Positions 1 to 9,358 of a stretch of 38,826 nucleotides of DNA are shown one piece after another. The stretch is from Thermococcaceae archaeon. GTDB lineage: Archaea > Methanobacteriota_B > Thermococci > Thermococcales > Thermococcaceae. Within the stretch, counting starts at the first letter, position 1. Each line of letters starts with the position of its first letter. The position numbers were made by a program, and so were the translations under genes. Below the pieces are notes generated by a model, which saw nothing but the letters and a program-made list of their open reading frames with translations, did not search any database and was not told where the DNA came from. Location of the stretch: assembly GCA_013330365.1 (NCBI GenBank), contig DUII01000092.1, positions 21,225-60,050 on the forward strand. The letters run 5' to 3'.

Positions 1-302
1 GGGTCTTCGTTGATTTTTTCTGGAGCGTCTTCAAGTTCTTCGTTAACTTCAATTACCTCACCGCTAACTGGTGCGTAAACTTCGCTTACGGCTTTTACGC
101 TTTCTACTTCGCAGAGTACATCTCCTTTTGCCACCTCTTTCCCAACCTCTGGAAGTTCTACATAAGCGAGGTCACCAAGTTCCTTTTGTGCATAGTCGGT
201 TATTCCCACTAAAACCGTGCCATCCTCAAGCACTTGAGCCCATTCGTGGTCTTTGGTGTAGTATAGTCCCTCTTTAATCTTGTATTCTCCAACCTCAATC
301 AT
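1..302 (-). CDS. gcvH: Glycine cleavage system H protein (lipoyl carrier), 3' end runs off the window
   Basis: Not in the ORF track. Manual translation from ATG at 302 gives [54 protein letters not shown]...[38 protein letters not shown], with the ESVKA lipoyl-Lys motif. GGTGAT RBS upstream; minus-strand AAAAGCTTTAAAT TATA near 337-348. Confidence 0.97.
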   Translation of the reverse strand, partial: MIEVGEYKIKEGLYYTKDHEWAQVLEDGTVLVGITDYAQKELGDLAYVELPEVGKEVAKGDVLCEVESVKAVSEVYAPVSGEVIEVNEELEDAPEKINED

Positions 303-416
303 AACAATCACCATAGCGTTTTATAGCTGAAAAACATTTAAAGCTTTTCCTACTTGCGGTCAGTTCTGAACAAAATTATTATTTGATGGCCACAAATCAA
401 CTTAATGGGGAGAGCA

Positions 417-1696
417 ATGAAGGACAATCGGAACTTTTGGCTCTATGCAATGGGTCGGTTTGTTTCCCTTGTGGGCAGCGGGGTTCAGGATGTGGCGTTG
501 CCATTGTTTATCCTCGATTTAACGGGATCGGGCACTATAATGGGCATTTTTATGATAATTTCAATGCTTCCAAGGTTGATTCTTTATCCAATTGCTGGAG
601 TGGTGGGAGATAAAATCAATAGAAAGTGGATAATGGTGTGGATGGACTTTGGTAGGGGAGCGGTTATTCTGTTTCTGGCCCTTCTGGCTTCAAGAAATTT
701 GATAACAATACCTATCCTTTTTGGAACGCAGTTTGTCGTCTCGCTCATGAACGCTTTGTTCGGGCCGGCAACCAGTGCTATGCTGCCGGATATAGTAGAA
801 AAAGAGGAATTAATGAGAGCAAATTCAATTTTGATGAGCCTCAACAGCACAGCTTATATAGTAGGCCCAGCCCTTGGTGGGATAATTTATGGGATGGGAG
901 GAATAATGATAGCGTTTCTTATCAATGGTGTGTCGTTTATAGCTTCAGGTGTTAGTGAGCTTTTTATAAGATTATGAACAAAAAGTAGAGAAGATAAAAA
1001 AACATTGGCGAAGTTTTTGAGGGTTTAAGAGATGGCTTAAACTACATAAGAGTCCAAAGAGGGATATTAATTTTGATGGGCTTTGCTTTGGTAGTTAACT
1101 TTCTTGCAGCTCCAATATTTGCAGTTCTTTGCCCTTATGTGATGAGGATAGTTATTAAATTCACTGCAGAACAGTACGGTCTTTTAGAGACTTCGTTTAT
1201 GGGGGGCATACTTCTCGGAAACATCTTAATCGGTGCACTGTTTGCGAAGAAAAAGGCTGAGAACCTTTTAGTTAAAGGTTTGATATTTGAAACAATTCTA
1301 CTGTTGATTTTTGCCGTTTTAATGTTTCCACAAAGCATTGCCTTCTTTTTGGGTCCCAGCTGGAGGATGTTTGGAGCTATTGCTCTGGTATCTGTTTTGA
1401 TGGGGATTTCAAATGCTTTTGTAACTACTCCATTAAACGTGGAATTCCAGCAGCTTGTTCCCACAGAATACAGGGCAAGAGTGTTTTCAGTTGTGGAAGT
1501 TATGAGTCAAGGAATAGTTCCTATAGGCTACGGTATGGTGGGAATACTCCTTGATAAACTTCCAGCCCATTGGATAGCTTTTAGCCTGACGGTTCTAATA
1601 CTTATCTCAGTCTTGCTGTTTGTAGCGAAATATTCAAGGGTTGTGTTTATGGAATTTGAAAATAAGAAGAAAGAAGTTGAAATGAACCTTCCTTGA
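417..1696 (+). pseudogene. MFS transporter (DHA3/macrolide-efflux-like) split by two +1 frameshifts
   Basis: ORF 405/417-977 (about six TM; motif A-like GVVGDKINRK) and ORF 1073-1696 (about six TM; PTEYRARVFS) join into one MFS protein (...ELFIRYEQKVEKIKNIGEVFEGLRDGLNYIR...) if one T at 972-973 and one A in the A7 run 996-1002 are removed. Could also be sequencing error. Confidence 0.8.
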
Positions 1697-1714
1697 GGTC
1701 TCCCTATCTTGTTC

Positions 1715-1729
1715 CAAAAGATTTAAATA
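1715..1729 (+). promoter_or_regulatory. BRE/TATA promoter upstream of the leuS leader element
   Basis: CAAAAGA followed by TTTAAATA (1722-1729). Standard archaeal spacing puts the TSS at about 1750-1753. Confidence 0.7.
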
Positions 1730-1747
1730 TCCTAATATTAAGATAAA

Positions 1748-1840
1748 AGGCGATGCTTATGAGGGGGGATCGAGTTCTCCACAGCCTGGCACTCCTCTTA
1801 TGCTGAGTCTATTAGCTGTCCCCCTAGCTTCGATTCTGAA
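1748..1840 (+). ncRNA. Structured GC-rich leader or small RNA upstream of leuS (possibly the Thermococcales SscA RNA)
   Basis: GC-rich island in AT-rich intergenic DNA. GGATCGAG (1767-1774) is complementary to TTCGATTC (1829-1836); AGCTG/TAGCT hairpin at 1814-1829; G tract 1762-1769 is complementary to TCCCCCT (1819-1825) or CTCCTC (1792-1797). The SscA identity is from recollection and unverified. Confidence 0.6.
1753..1806 (+). CDS. Putative Leu-rich leader peptide MLMRGDRVLHSLALLLC
   Basis: ATG at 1753 (at the predicted TSS) or 1759 (preceded by AGGCGATG); TGA at 1804-1806. 6 of 17 codons are Leu, including CTC-CTC-TTA at 1792-1800. Lies directly upstream of leuS. Confidence 0.45.
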   Translation: MLMRGDRVLHSLALLLC

Positions 1841-1899
1841 TTATTCTGGTGGCAAACTCTTTTAAAAGACGTTTTTAACAACATCAGGGAGGTTAGGGT

Positions 1900-4776
1900 A
1901 TGGTAGATTTCAAGGCTATTGAAGAAAAATGGCAGCAGAAGTGGCTGGAAGAAAAGGTATTCGAACCTCAGATAGATGAAAAGAAGCCAAAGTTCTACAT
2001 AACGGTTGCATTCCCCTACTTGTCAGGCCACCTTCACGTGGGACATGCAAGGACCTACACTATACCTGACGTTATTGCAAGGTTCAAGAGGATGCAGGGA
2101 TACAATGTCTTGTTCCCAATGGCGTGGCATATAACCGGCTCTCCAATAGTCGGGATAGCGGAAAGAATAAAGCATAGAGATCCCCAGACAATCTACGTTT
2201 ATAGAGATGTCTACAAAGTTCCAGAGGATATTCTATGGACATTTGAAGATCCAGTGAATATAGTTAAGTACTTCATGAAGGTCGCAAAGGAGACTTTTAT
2301 TAGAGCTGGTTTTAGTGTTGACTGGAGCAGAGAATTCCACACGACGTCGCTCTTTCCTCCGTTCAGTAAGTTTATCGAGTGGCAGTTCTTGAGATTAAAA
2401 GAAAAAGGGTTGATCGTTAGGGGAACCCACTACGTCAGATGGGATCCAGTTGTTGGAACCCCCTTGGGAGATCACGACCTGATTGAGGGAGAAGATGTAC
2501 AGATACTGGATTACATTCTGATAAAGTTCGTTCTTGAAGAGGAAGGCGAAGTTTACTATCTACCTGCGGCAACTCTAAGGCCCGAAACCGTTTACGGAGT
2601 AACCAACATGTGGTTAAATCCCGAGGCAACTTACGTGAAAGCCAGAGTTAAGAGCGGAGACAAGGAAGAGAAATGGATAATAAGCAAGGAAGCCGCTTAC
2701 AAGTTGAGCTTCCAAGATAAGGATACTGAAGTTCTGGAAGAGTTCAAGGGAGAGAAGTTAATTGGAAAGTGGGTCAAGAACCCGGTAACTGGAGATGAGG
2801 TAATTATTTTGCCCGCTGAGTTCGTTGATCCAGATAACGCTACCGGAGTAGTCATGAGCGTTCCTGCACATGCACCCTTCGATCATGCAGCCTTAGAGGA
2901 CATAAAGAAGAACACAGAAATTCTGTTGAAGTATGATATTGATCCAAGGATCGTTGAAAACATAAGCTACATCTCCCTGATTGAGTTGGAGGGCTATGGT
3001 GAATTTCCGGCTGTTGAAGAGAGTGAAAAGCTTGGAGTAAAGAGCCAAAAAGATGTGGAAAAACTTGAACAGGCTACAAAAAACATCTACAAAGCTGAAT
3101 ACCACAAGGGCATCTTCAAGATTGAGCCCTACAAAGGAAAACCCGTTAACGAGGTAAAGGAGCTAGTAGCTAAGGAGATGTTCGAAAAAGGAATAGCTGA
3201 CAGGATGTATGAATTCTCGGACAAAAACGTCATCTCAAGGTTTGGAAACAGGGCGGTTATAAAAATAATCCACGATCAATGGTTTATCGACTACGGAAAC
3301 CCAGAATGGAAGGCAAAAGCAAGAGAGGCTTTGGCGCAAATGAAAATCCTGCCGGAGTCAAGAAGGGCACAGTTTGAAGCCATAATAGAGTGGCTCGACA
3401 AGAAAGCCTGCGCGAGAAAAGTCGGCCTTGGAACTCCTTTACCGTGGGATCCGGAGTGGGTGATCGAAAGTCTGAGCGACTCAACAATTTACATGGCTTA
3501 CTACACCATAGGCAGAGCCGTAAATAAGTATGGCATTAAAGGAGAACAGCTAATCCCAGAAGTTTTTGACTACATATTCCTTGAGAACTTCAGTGAGGAA
3601 AAAGAAAAGCAGCTAAGCGAAAAAACAGGCATTCCAAAGGAAGTTATAAGAGAAATGAAGGAAGAATTTGAATACTGGTACCCGCTGGACTGGAGATGCT
3701 CGGCTAAGGACTTAATTCCAAACCACTTAACGTTCTTTATCTTCAACCACGTTGCCATATTCAGAAAAGAGCACTGGCCGAAAGGAATAGCGGTCAACGG
3801 CTTTGGAACCCTTGAAGGACAGAAAATGAGCAAGAGCAAGGGGAACGTGCTCAACTTTATCGATGCCATTGAAGAGAACGGTGCAGATGTGGTTAGACTT
3901 TACATCATGAGTCTAGCAGAGCACGACAGCGACTTTGACTGGAAGAGAAGTGAAGTGGGCAAATTAAGAAAGCAAATAGAGAGATTCTATGAGCTGATAA
4001 CTGAATTTGCCAAATATGAGGACAAAGACGTTGAGCTAATGGACATTGACAAGTGGCTCTTGCACAGAGTTAACAAAGCCATAAAAGGCGCCACTGAGGC
4101 ATTGGAGGAATTTAGAACAAGAACGGCTGTTCAATGGGCTTTCTACAGCATACTGAACGACTTAAGATGGTACATGAGGAGAACAGAAGGAAGGGATGAT
4201 GAAGCGAAGAGGGCTACTTTAAGGAGACTTGCTGATATCTGGGTTCGCTTGATGGCTCCGTTTACACCACACATAGCTGAAGAACTTTGGACAAAGCTCG
4301 GTGGAAAGGGCTTTGTAAGCCTTGCCAAGTGGCCAGAGCCGGTTGAAGAATGGTGGAACGAAACAATAGAACTTGAGGAGGACTACATCAAGGCACTAAT
4401 CGATGATATAAAGGAAATTATCACCGTTGCAAAGCTCGAAAATGCAAAGAGAGCCTACATCTACACAGCTGAAGAGTGGAAGTGGAGAGTAGCAGAAATA
4501 GTTGCGGAGAGGAAGGACTTCAAGGCAGCGATGAGTGAAGTAATGAAAGACCCAGAGATGAGAAAGCGTGGTAAGGAAGTTTCAAAGCTGATTCAAAAGC
4601 TTGTCAAGGAGAGAGCTTTTGAACCCAAGCGCATCGATGAGGAGAAAGCCTTAAGGCAGGCAAAGGACTTCATAGAACGCGAGACTGGGCTGGAAATAAT
4701 CATAAACCCAGAGGAGGACAAGGGTGGAAAGAAGAAGCAGGCAATGCCGATGAAGCCTGCAATATTTGTGGAGTGA
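1900..4776 (+). CDS. leuS: Leucine--tRNA ligase (archaeal type)
   Basis: [13 protein letters not shown] (HIGH motif), KMSKS, CP1 editing motifs ATLRPET and [15 protein letters not shown], archaeal C-terminus [11 protein letters not shown]; GGAGG RBS. Confidence 0.98.
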   Translation: MVDFKAIEEKWQQKWLEEKVFEPQIDEKKPKFYITVAFPYLSGHLHVGHARTYTIPDVIARFKRMQGYNVLFPMAWHITGSPIVGIAERIKHRDPQTIYVYRDVYKVPEDILWTFEDPVNIVKYFMKVAKETFIRAGFSVDWSREFHTTSLFPPFSKFIEWQFLRLKEKGLIVRGTHYVRWDPVVGTPLGDHDLIEGEDVQILDYILIKFVLEEEGEVYYLPAATLRPETVYGVTNMWLNPEATYVKARVKSGDKEEKWIISKEAAYKLSFQDKDTEVLEEFKGEKLIGKWVKNPVTGDEVIILPAEFVDPDNATGVVMSVPAHAPFDHAALEDIKKNTEILLKYDIDPRIVENISYISLIELEGYGEFPAVEESEKLGVKSQKDVEKLEQATKNIYKAEYHKGIFKIEPYKGKPVNEVKELVAKEMFEKGIADRMYEFSDKNVISRFGNRAVIKIIHDQWFIDYGNPEWKAKAREALAQMKILPESRRAQFEAIIEWLDKKACARKVGLGTPLPWDPEWVIESLSDSTIYMAYYTIGRAVNKYGIKGEQLIPEVFDYIFLENFSEEKEKQLSEKTGIPKEVIREMKEEFEYWYPLDWRCSAKDLIPNHLTFFIFNHVAIFRKEHWPKGIAVNGFGTLEGQKMSKSKGNVLNFIDAIEENGADVVRLYIMSLAEHDSDFDWKRSEVGKLRKQIERFYELITEFAKYEDKDVELMDIDKWLLHRVNKAIKGATEALEEFRTRTAVQWAFYSILNDLRWYMRRTEGRDDEAKRATLRRLADIWVRLMAPFTPHIAEELWTKLGGKGFVSLAKWPEPVEEWWNETIELEEDYIKALIDDIKEIITVAKLENAKRAYIYTAEEWKWRVAEIVAERKDFKAAMSEVMKDPEMRKRGKEVSKLIQKLVKERAFEPKRIDEEKALRQAKDFIERETGLEIIINPEEDKGGKKKQAMPMKPAIFVE

Positions 4777-4785
4777 GTTCTAGCT

Positions 4786-4804
4786 TTCTACCTCTTTTTC
4801 TCTT
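4786..4804 (+). terminator. Pyrimidine/oligo-T terminator after leuS
   Basis: TTTCTACCTCTTTTTCTCTT about 10 nt after the stop codon, in a convergent intergenic region. Confidence 0.6.
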
Positions 4805-4860
4805 AAGAATATTCTAAAAAGGAGAAAAGCGGCATTAAAGACCGAGCTCAAAATTCGAAA

Positions 4861-5412
4861 TTATGAGTTTACTTGAAACCTTTTTATCGTATCAATGTAA
4901 AACGGGGCTGTTGCAAATACAGAGACGAGCTCTGGGATTGCTACTCCCTCTGGAATATTGTACGCAAAATGAATGAGCCACGCCAGTATCGCAACTGTTA
5001 GAGCAGGAATAGGCAAATAACTTCTAAAGTAGACCCCATAGGCAACTAGGAATACTGCAAGGGAGAGAAAGAACGCCACCGAGACTTTGAAGTGCAGCCC
5101 CCTGTAGATTTCATCAAAAACAGCCACCAGAATTAGCGTAAACCCAACTAAGAATCCCACGGCAGAAAAAGCTTTGCTGGTTTTGTATATGCACAGTGCT
5201 GAAACGTATATGATAAGAGCCCCTCCGAGACTCAAGCCAAAGTTAAATATCGGCGCAACGGAGCTTCTTGTGGCATGTCCAAGATCGCTTAGGGCGTTGT
5301 TTGTGATACTGAACCAATCTGAGAGAAGTATTGCTATTGCAATTGATATTAAAGGTATTGCTATTGAGAGATACGCCAGGTATAAACAGGGGGCTTTATT
5401 TATTGCTTTCAT
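4861..5412 (-). CDS. DUF998-family membrane protein
   Basis: About six hydrophobic segments; NNALSDLG and IFNFGL motifs; conserved His in GLHFKVS. Confidence 0.8.
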   Translation of the reverse strand: MKAINKAPCLYLAYLSIAIPLISIAIAILLSDWFSITNNALSDLGHATRSSVAPIFNFGLSLGGALIIYVSALCIYKTSKAFSAVGFLVGFTLILVAVFDEIYRGLHFKVSVAFFLSLAVFLVAYGVYFRSYLPIPALTVAILAWLIHFAYNIPEGVAIPELVSVFATAPFYIDTIKRFQVNS

Positions 5413-5475
5413 GGTTTTGACTTGGCACCAACCTAAATAAGGTTTTTTTGGAGAAATTTAAAATTAAAGAGGGGA

Positions 5476-6801
5476 TCAGAACTTCAAGACCCTTGCTAGA
5501 ACTACCAGTGGATCCCAAACCGGGGCAAAAGGTGGTGCATAGGCTAAATCGGCAAAGAAGAGGTCTTTTGTTGTAAATCCTGCTTGTAAAGCTACTGCAA
5601 AAGCATCCACTCTTGGAAGTATCTCTGCTCCAACTGCCTGTAAGCCTAAGAACCTTCCGTTCTCTTTGTCTGCTACAGCTTTGAGCCATATCTTCTTTCC
5701 GCCTGGATAATAATGGGGTTTTGTCCTTGCCTCTATGAATGCCGTCTTAACATCATATCCTTCTTTTAGTGCTTCTCCTTCTGTTAGCCCGGTTTTCCCA
5801 ATTTCAAGATCCATGAATTTGGTTATGGCCGTTCCAAGAACTCCTGGAAAGGTTATGTCAACACCCGCTATGTTGCTTCCCGCTACGTAGCCCATCTTGT
5901 TACCCGGTGGAGCCAATGGCACCCATACCCTTCTGCCAGTGATCAAATGTTTTGTCTCGGCAACGTCTCCAGCAGCATAGACATTCTCAACGCTTGTTTG
6001 CATTCTCTCGTTTGTCCATATTGCTCCAGTTTCTCCTATCTTAACTCCCAGTTGTCGTGCAAGCTCTGTGTTTGGCTTGATTCCAGTGGCTATGATGACT
6101 AGATCGGCTTTATACTCCCCTGCATCAGTGACTACCTTCTCTACCTTCTCTTCTCCTTCAATCCTAAGGGTTGCCTCTTCCAGACGGAGGTTTAGGTGTT
6201 CCCTGAGTTTTGCCTCTACTATATCGGTGATTTCCTTGTCAAAGGTTTTTCTTAAGACCCTCTTACTTCTGCCGATTAGTGTTACATTCTTCCCCTGAAC
6301 CACAAACGCTTCGGCCATCTCAAGTGCTATATAGCCAGTTCCAATCACCACAACGTTCCTTACATCATTTTTCTCCATATATTCTTTTATTGCAAGCGCA
6401 TCTGGAGGCAGGTCTGCTGTAAAAACTCCCCTCAAATCTACACCCTCTATTGGCGGTACTTGGGGAGAGGCACCGTTTGCAAAGACCAGGTAGTCCCACT
6501 CGTAGGTTTTCTCTTCACCATTCTCCCTTACTCTCACACTTCCCTGCTCAACTTCTATCACTTCTGCATTCAAGTGCAGGTCAATTCCTCTCTTTTTGAT
6601 GAAAAACTCGGGTGGATAGTGCATAAGTTTCTCCTTTGGAGAAATTCCTTCAACAACATAAGGCACTCCACAGGGGGCATGACTGACCCATTCAGTCGCT
6701 TCAAACACCTTTACATCCCATTCAGGTTTCAGCCTCTTCACTCTTGATGCGGTGCTCATTCCAGCAGCTCCGCCACCTATGATAACAACTGTCTTTTTCA
6801 T
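5476..6801 (-). CDS. cdr: CoA-disulfide reductase / CoA-dependent NAD(P)H sulfur oxidoreductase (NSR)
   Basis: GGGAAG FAD motif, SHAPC redox Cys, [11 protein letters not shown](P)H motif, [12 protein letters not shown]-terminal YAPPF. Start at ATG 6801 after a GGTGAT RBS. Confidence 0.95.
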   Translation of the reverse strand: MKKTVVIIGGGAAGMSTASRVKRLKPEWDVKVFEATEWVSHAPCGVPYVVEGISPKEKLMHYPPEFFIKKRGIDLHLNAEVIEVEQGSVRVRENGEEKTYEWDYLVFANGASPQVPPIEGVDLRGVFTADLPPDALAIKEYMEKNDVRNVVVIGTGYIALEMAEAFVVQGKNVTLIGRSKRVLRKTFDKEITDIVEAKLREHLNLRLEEATLRIEGEEKVEKVVTDAGEYKADLVIIATGIKPNTELARQLGVKIGETGAIWTNERMQTSVENVYAAGDVAETKHLITGRRVWVPLAPPGNKMGYVAGSNIAGVDITFPGVLGTAITKFMDLEIGKTGLTEGEALKEGYDVKTAFIEARTKPHYYPGGKKIWLKAVADKENGRFLGLQAVGAEILPRVDAFAVALQAGFTTKDLFFADLAYAPPFAPVWDPLVVLARVLKF

Positions 6802-6819
6802 ACTTATCACCACAGAAGG

Positions 6820-6836
6820 GTTGTAAACCTAAGGTT
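6820..6836. promoter_or_regulatory. SurR operator (long form GTT-N3-AAC-N5-GTT) overlapping the cdr/nsr promoter
   Basis: Exact match GTT GTA AAC CTAAG GTT, abutting the minus-strand TTTTTTAA TATA box (about 6835-6842), a repression geometry. Confidence 0.85.
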
Positions 6837-6854
6837 AAAAAAGTTAATGAAGAA

Positions 6855-7922
6855 TCAAATGTTCAAAGGAAGTTTCACATAGTCGAGGACGCTTCCGTAA
6901 CTCTTCTTTATCTCAACGTGTTCAACAAGCTCCTTAAACTCTCCTCCAGCAAGTCCGTCTCCGATTATTGCACTTCCTTGGGCGGCCTCTTTCGCTTTCC
7001 CCTCAAGGCCCCTCTGCTTAACCACTGGAAGGCCAAAGCGCTCCTCAAAGAGGTCTTTAACATCTTTTCTAATCTCATCTATGCGCATAAGTCTGCCGGA
7101 AAGAAGTATTTCCTTGGCATCTCTCACAACGGCGAGTTCACTCGCCACTGCCTTTATAAAGCCGTCCTTCATGGCTTCCCAGGCTTTTGCAAAAGGCTCC
7201 TCGTCAAGCCTCTTAGCAAACTCTTCGGGTGGGAGTATCTTCTCGGCAGCTATTATGCTTGCTCCTCCCCAGAAGAGGTGCCACTTCTTGATTTTTCCCA
7301 TGAGATATGCCACCTCACCGTCGAGAGCGCCGCTGTTCACGTATGCCGGGCCGGGGAATATCGTACCCCCAATGCCGTCCACTATCTTTCCACCCTTGAC
7401 CGCCCCAGCGTAGTTGTAGCCGAAGCCGACCTCAAGGAGCACGAATGAAACGTCGGAATACTCAATGTTAAGCCTCTTGGCTTGGTCGTAGATTCCGAGA
7501 ACTGTTATCGCCATTTTATCCGCTGTTCCCATGTCTATTTTGTTGTACTTCCTCCATTCTGGCACAGTTGGAAGGTGTATAACGCCCGGAATAAACCACA
7601 CGTTCATATTCTTTTCAGCCATCTCGCTTACCATCTTTTGCAATCCAATGAGAACTGGTATTTCTTTCATTTCTTCTTCTCTAACTAGCGTCATCTCAAA
7701 GCGGTCTTTTTCAGTTAATTCACTTATGTGCTTAAGCGGAACTCCGTACCCTGAGGGACCGATTATTAAGTCTGCACTGAATTCTTCTATTGTCCTAACG
7801 ATTTTGCTTGGCTCTTCCGCAACTACTTCACTTGGAAAGCTGAGATCGAGTTTTATCTTTCCGTCTTCAAGGCCAATAATGTCAAAGCTCTTCGTGCCTG
7901 GATCGACGCCTATAACCCTCAT
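6855..7922 (-). CDS. DUF1464-family protein (ASKHA/butyrate-kinase-like fold)
   Basis: MRVIGVDPGTKSFD phosphate-1 motif, GPSGYG, NKIDMGTADK, KIVDGIGGT, LSGR, KEAAQG. Start at ATG 7922 after a GGTGAT RBS. Confidence 0.85.
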   Translation of the reverse strand: MRVIGVDPGTKSFDIIGLEDGKIKLDLSFPSEVVAEEPSKIVRTIEEFSADLIIGPSGYGVPLKHISELTEKDRFEMTLVREEEMKEIPVLIGLQKMVSEMAEKNMNVWFIPGVIHLPTVPEWRKYNKIDMGTADKMAITVLGIYDQAKRLNIEYSDVSFVLLEVGFGYNYAGAVKGGKIVDGIGGTIFPGPAYVNSGALDGEVAYLMGKIKKWHLFWGGASIIAAEKILPPEEFAKRLDEEPFAKAWEAMKDGFIKAVASELAVVRDAKEILLSGRLMRIDEIRKDVKDLFEERFGLPVVKQRGLEGKAKEAAQGSAIIGDGLAGGEFKELVEHVEIKKSYGSVLDYVKLPLNI

Positions 7923-8111
7923 TTTATCACCGTTTTGCTTATGCACTCTTGCTTCTTTAAGTTTACTGAACACAATAACGTGTTTTGTGTAGATATTTGT
8001 GTATGTATAAAAATTCTTTTTAAATATTGAGATTTTTAGGCATAATTAAACAAAAATCCAAAATAATGTGTTGAAATTCAAATTTTTTTAGAGGCTCTGG
8101 GGGTACTCAAA

Positions 8112-9353
8112 ATGGTATCGTTAGCGGAAGTATATGAAAAGATCAAGGACGATGTAGAGCGAATAATTGATACAACCCATTATCACCTTAAGGTTCCGGA
8201 AAACATAAGAAATGCTCATGCCACAGCAATGAAAAACTACATCAGAGACTTATGCTACGGCAAAATTGACAAAGATTTCTTAATAAAATCGGGAAAGGCA
8301 CATTTAGAGGAATATAATTTTGATTTTGATCATTTTATGGAAGTTCATTACAAACCTGTTGTTTACAAAATTTTGCCTCTGATCATCAAGGCATCTAATG
8401 GGGATCCTTATGTTCTTCTTGAATTTATTCAAAGATTAATTGAAGGAAATGGATACCTAGAGCAGGGGTGGGTTCAAGCACTTACTGAAGAACTTGATAC
8501 TACTGGTAAAAATATAAATGAAGTTAATACCTCTATGAACGAAGTTTCTCAAGCACTCTCACAGATTTCTGAAGCTACACAGAGCATATCATTAGGTACT
8601 CAAGAAATTGCAAAAATGACGGAGGACTCTATTTCTGCGTTATCTACCACTCTTCAGGAATTGGAGGATATAATCAGAAAAGGAGAGAAAATAAGTAGTG
8701 GATTAAAAGAAACATCAAGAAAGAGTGAAGAAGAAAGCTCCTCATTGGAACACTTGAAAGGAGAATTAGAACAGCTTAGAGGACATTTAAACGATATGCT
8801 CAGGACAAATGTTGATGTTGCTAAAAATGTTCAAGTAATTTCGGATATAGCAAAACAAACTAATTTATTGGCTTTGAATGCAGCTATTGAAGCAGCTAGA
8901 GCCGGAGAAGCTGGAAGAGGGTTTAGAATAGTTGCAGATGAGGTAAGAAAACTTGCAGAGGACAGTAGACAGGTTGCTGAAAGAATTAGAGCTATTGCTG
9001 AAGCATCAGAAACCACAACAAAACTTACGGTGAAGATAATAGAAGACAACATTGAGAAAATTTTGAAGGCTATCGGGAATGTCTCCAACATTACCAACGA
9101 ATTAAGCAAGCATTCGGAAGAGATAGAAATGTTTCTAGGAAGCCTTGTAGAAATTTCTCATTTGTTGAATGATTTCAGGAAATCCGTGGAGAAAGTTGCT
9201 GACAACGTTAATGCCACCATGAGTGCAATGGAAGAGGAGACCTCTGCAGTTGAAGAGATAACAGCTTCTGCAGAAGAAATCGCGGCAAATTTAGAGGAAT
9301 TAGACAAGAAAATTAAAAGGGTTATATCAATACTCCAAAATAAATCTCGTTAG
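8112..9353 (+). CDS. Soluble methyl-accepting chemotaxis protein with N-terminal globin-like sensor
   Basis: MCP hairpin [41 protein letters not shown]; methylation-like sites ([16 protein letters not shown]); no TM segment; N-terminal ~125 aa resemble the HemAT globin. Confidence 0.92.
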   Translation: MVSLAEVYEKIKDDVERIIDTTHYHLKVPENIRNAHATAMKNYIRDLCYGKIDKDFLIKSGKAHLEEYNFDFDHFMEVHYKPVVYKILPLIIKASNGDPYVLLEFIQRLIEGNGYLEQGWVQALTEELDTTGKNINEVNTSMNEVSQALSQISEATQSISLGTQEIAKMTEDSISALSTTLQELEDIIRKGEKISSGLKETSRKSEEESSSLEHLKGELEQLRGHLNDMLRTNVDVAKNVQVISDIAKQTNLLALNAAIEAARAGEAGRGFRIVADEVRKLAEDSRQVAERIRAIAEASETTTKLTVKIIEDNIEKILKAIGNVSNITNELSKHSEEIEMFLGSLVEISHLLNDFRKSVEKVADNVNATMSAMEEETSAVEEITASAEEIAANLEELDKKIKRVISILQNKSR

Positions 9354-9358
9354 ATTAC

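Noticed and set aside
71-277. 68-aa plus-strand ORF
   Set aside because: Antisense shadow of gcvH.
363-371. Short SurR-like GTTCTGAAC between gcvH and the MFS gene
   Set aside because: Only six specified bases and no N5-GTT extension; expected by chance in AT-rich DNA.
1753-1839. C/D-box guide sRNA interpretation (CTGA at 1803-1806 and 1836-1839)
   Set aside because: No good RTGATGA C or C' box, and the spacing is longer than a typical 50-60-nt archaeal C/D sRNA. Not fully excluded.
1871-1879. Short SurR-like GTTTTTAAC upstream of leuS
   Set aside because: Short form only, with no biological rationale for sulfur control of leuS.
6918-7992. Several 68-176-aa plus-strand ORFs
   Set aside because: Antisense shadows of the DUF1464 gene with no recognisable motifs.
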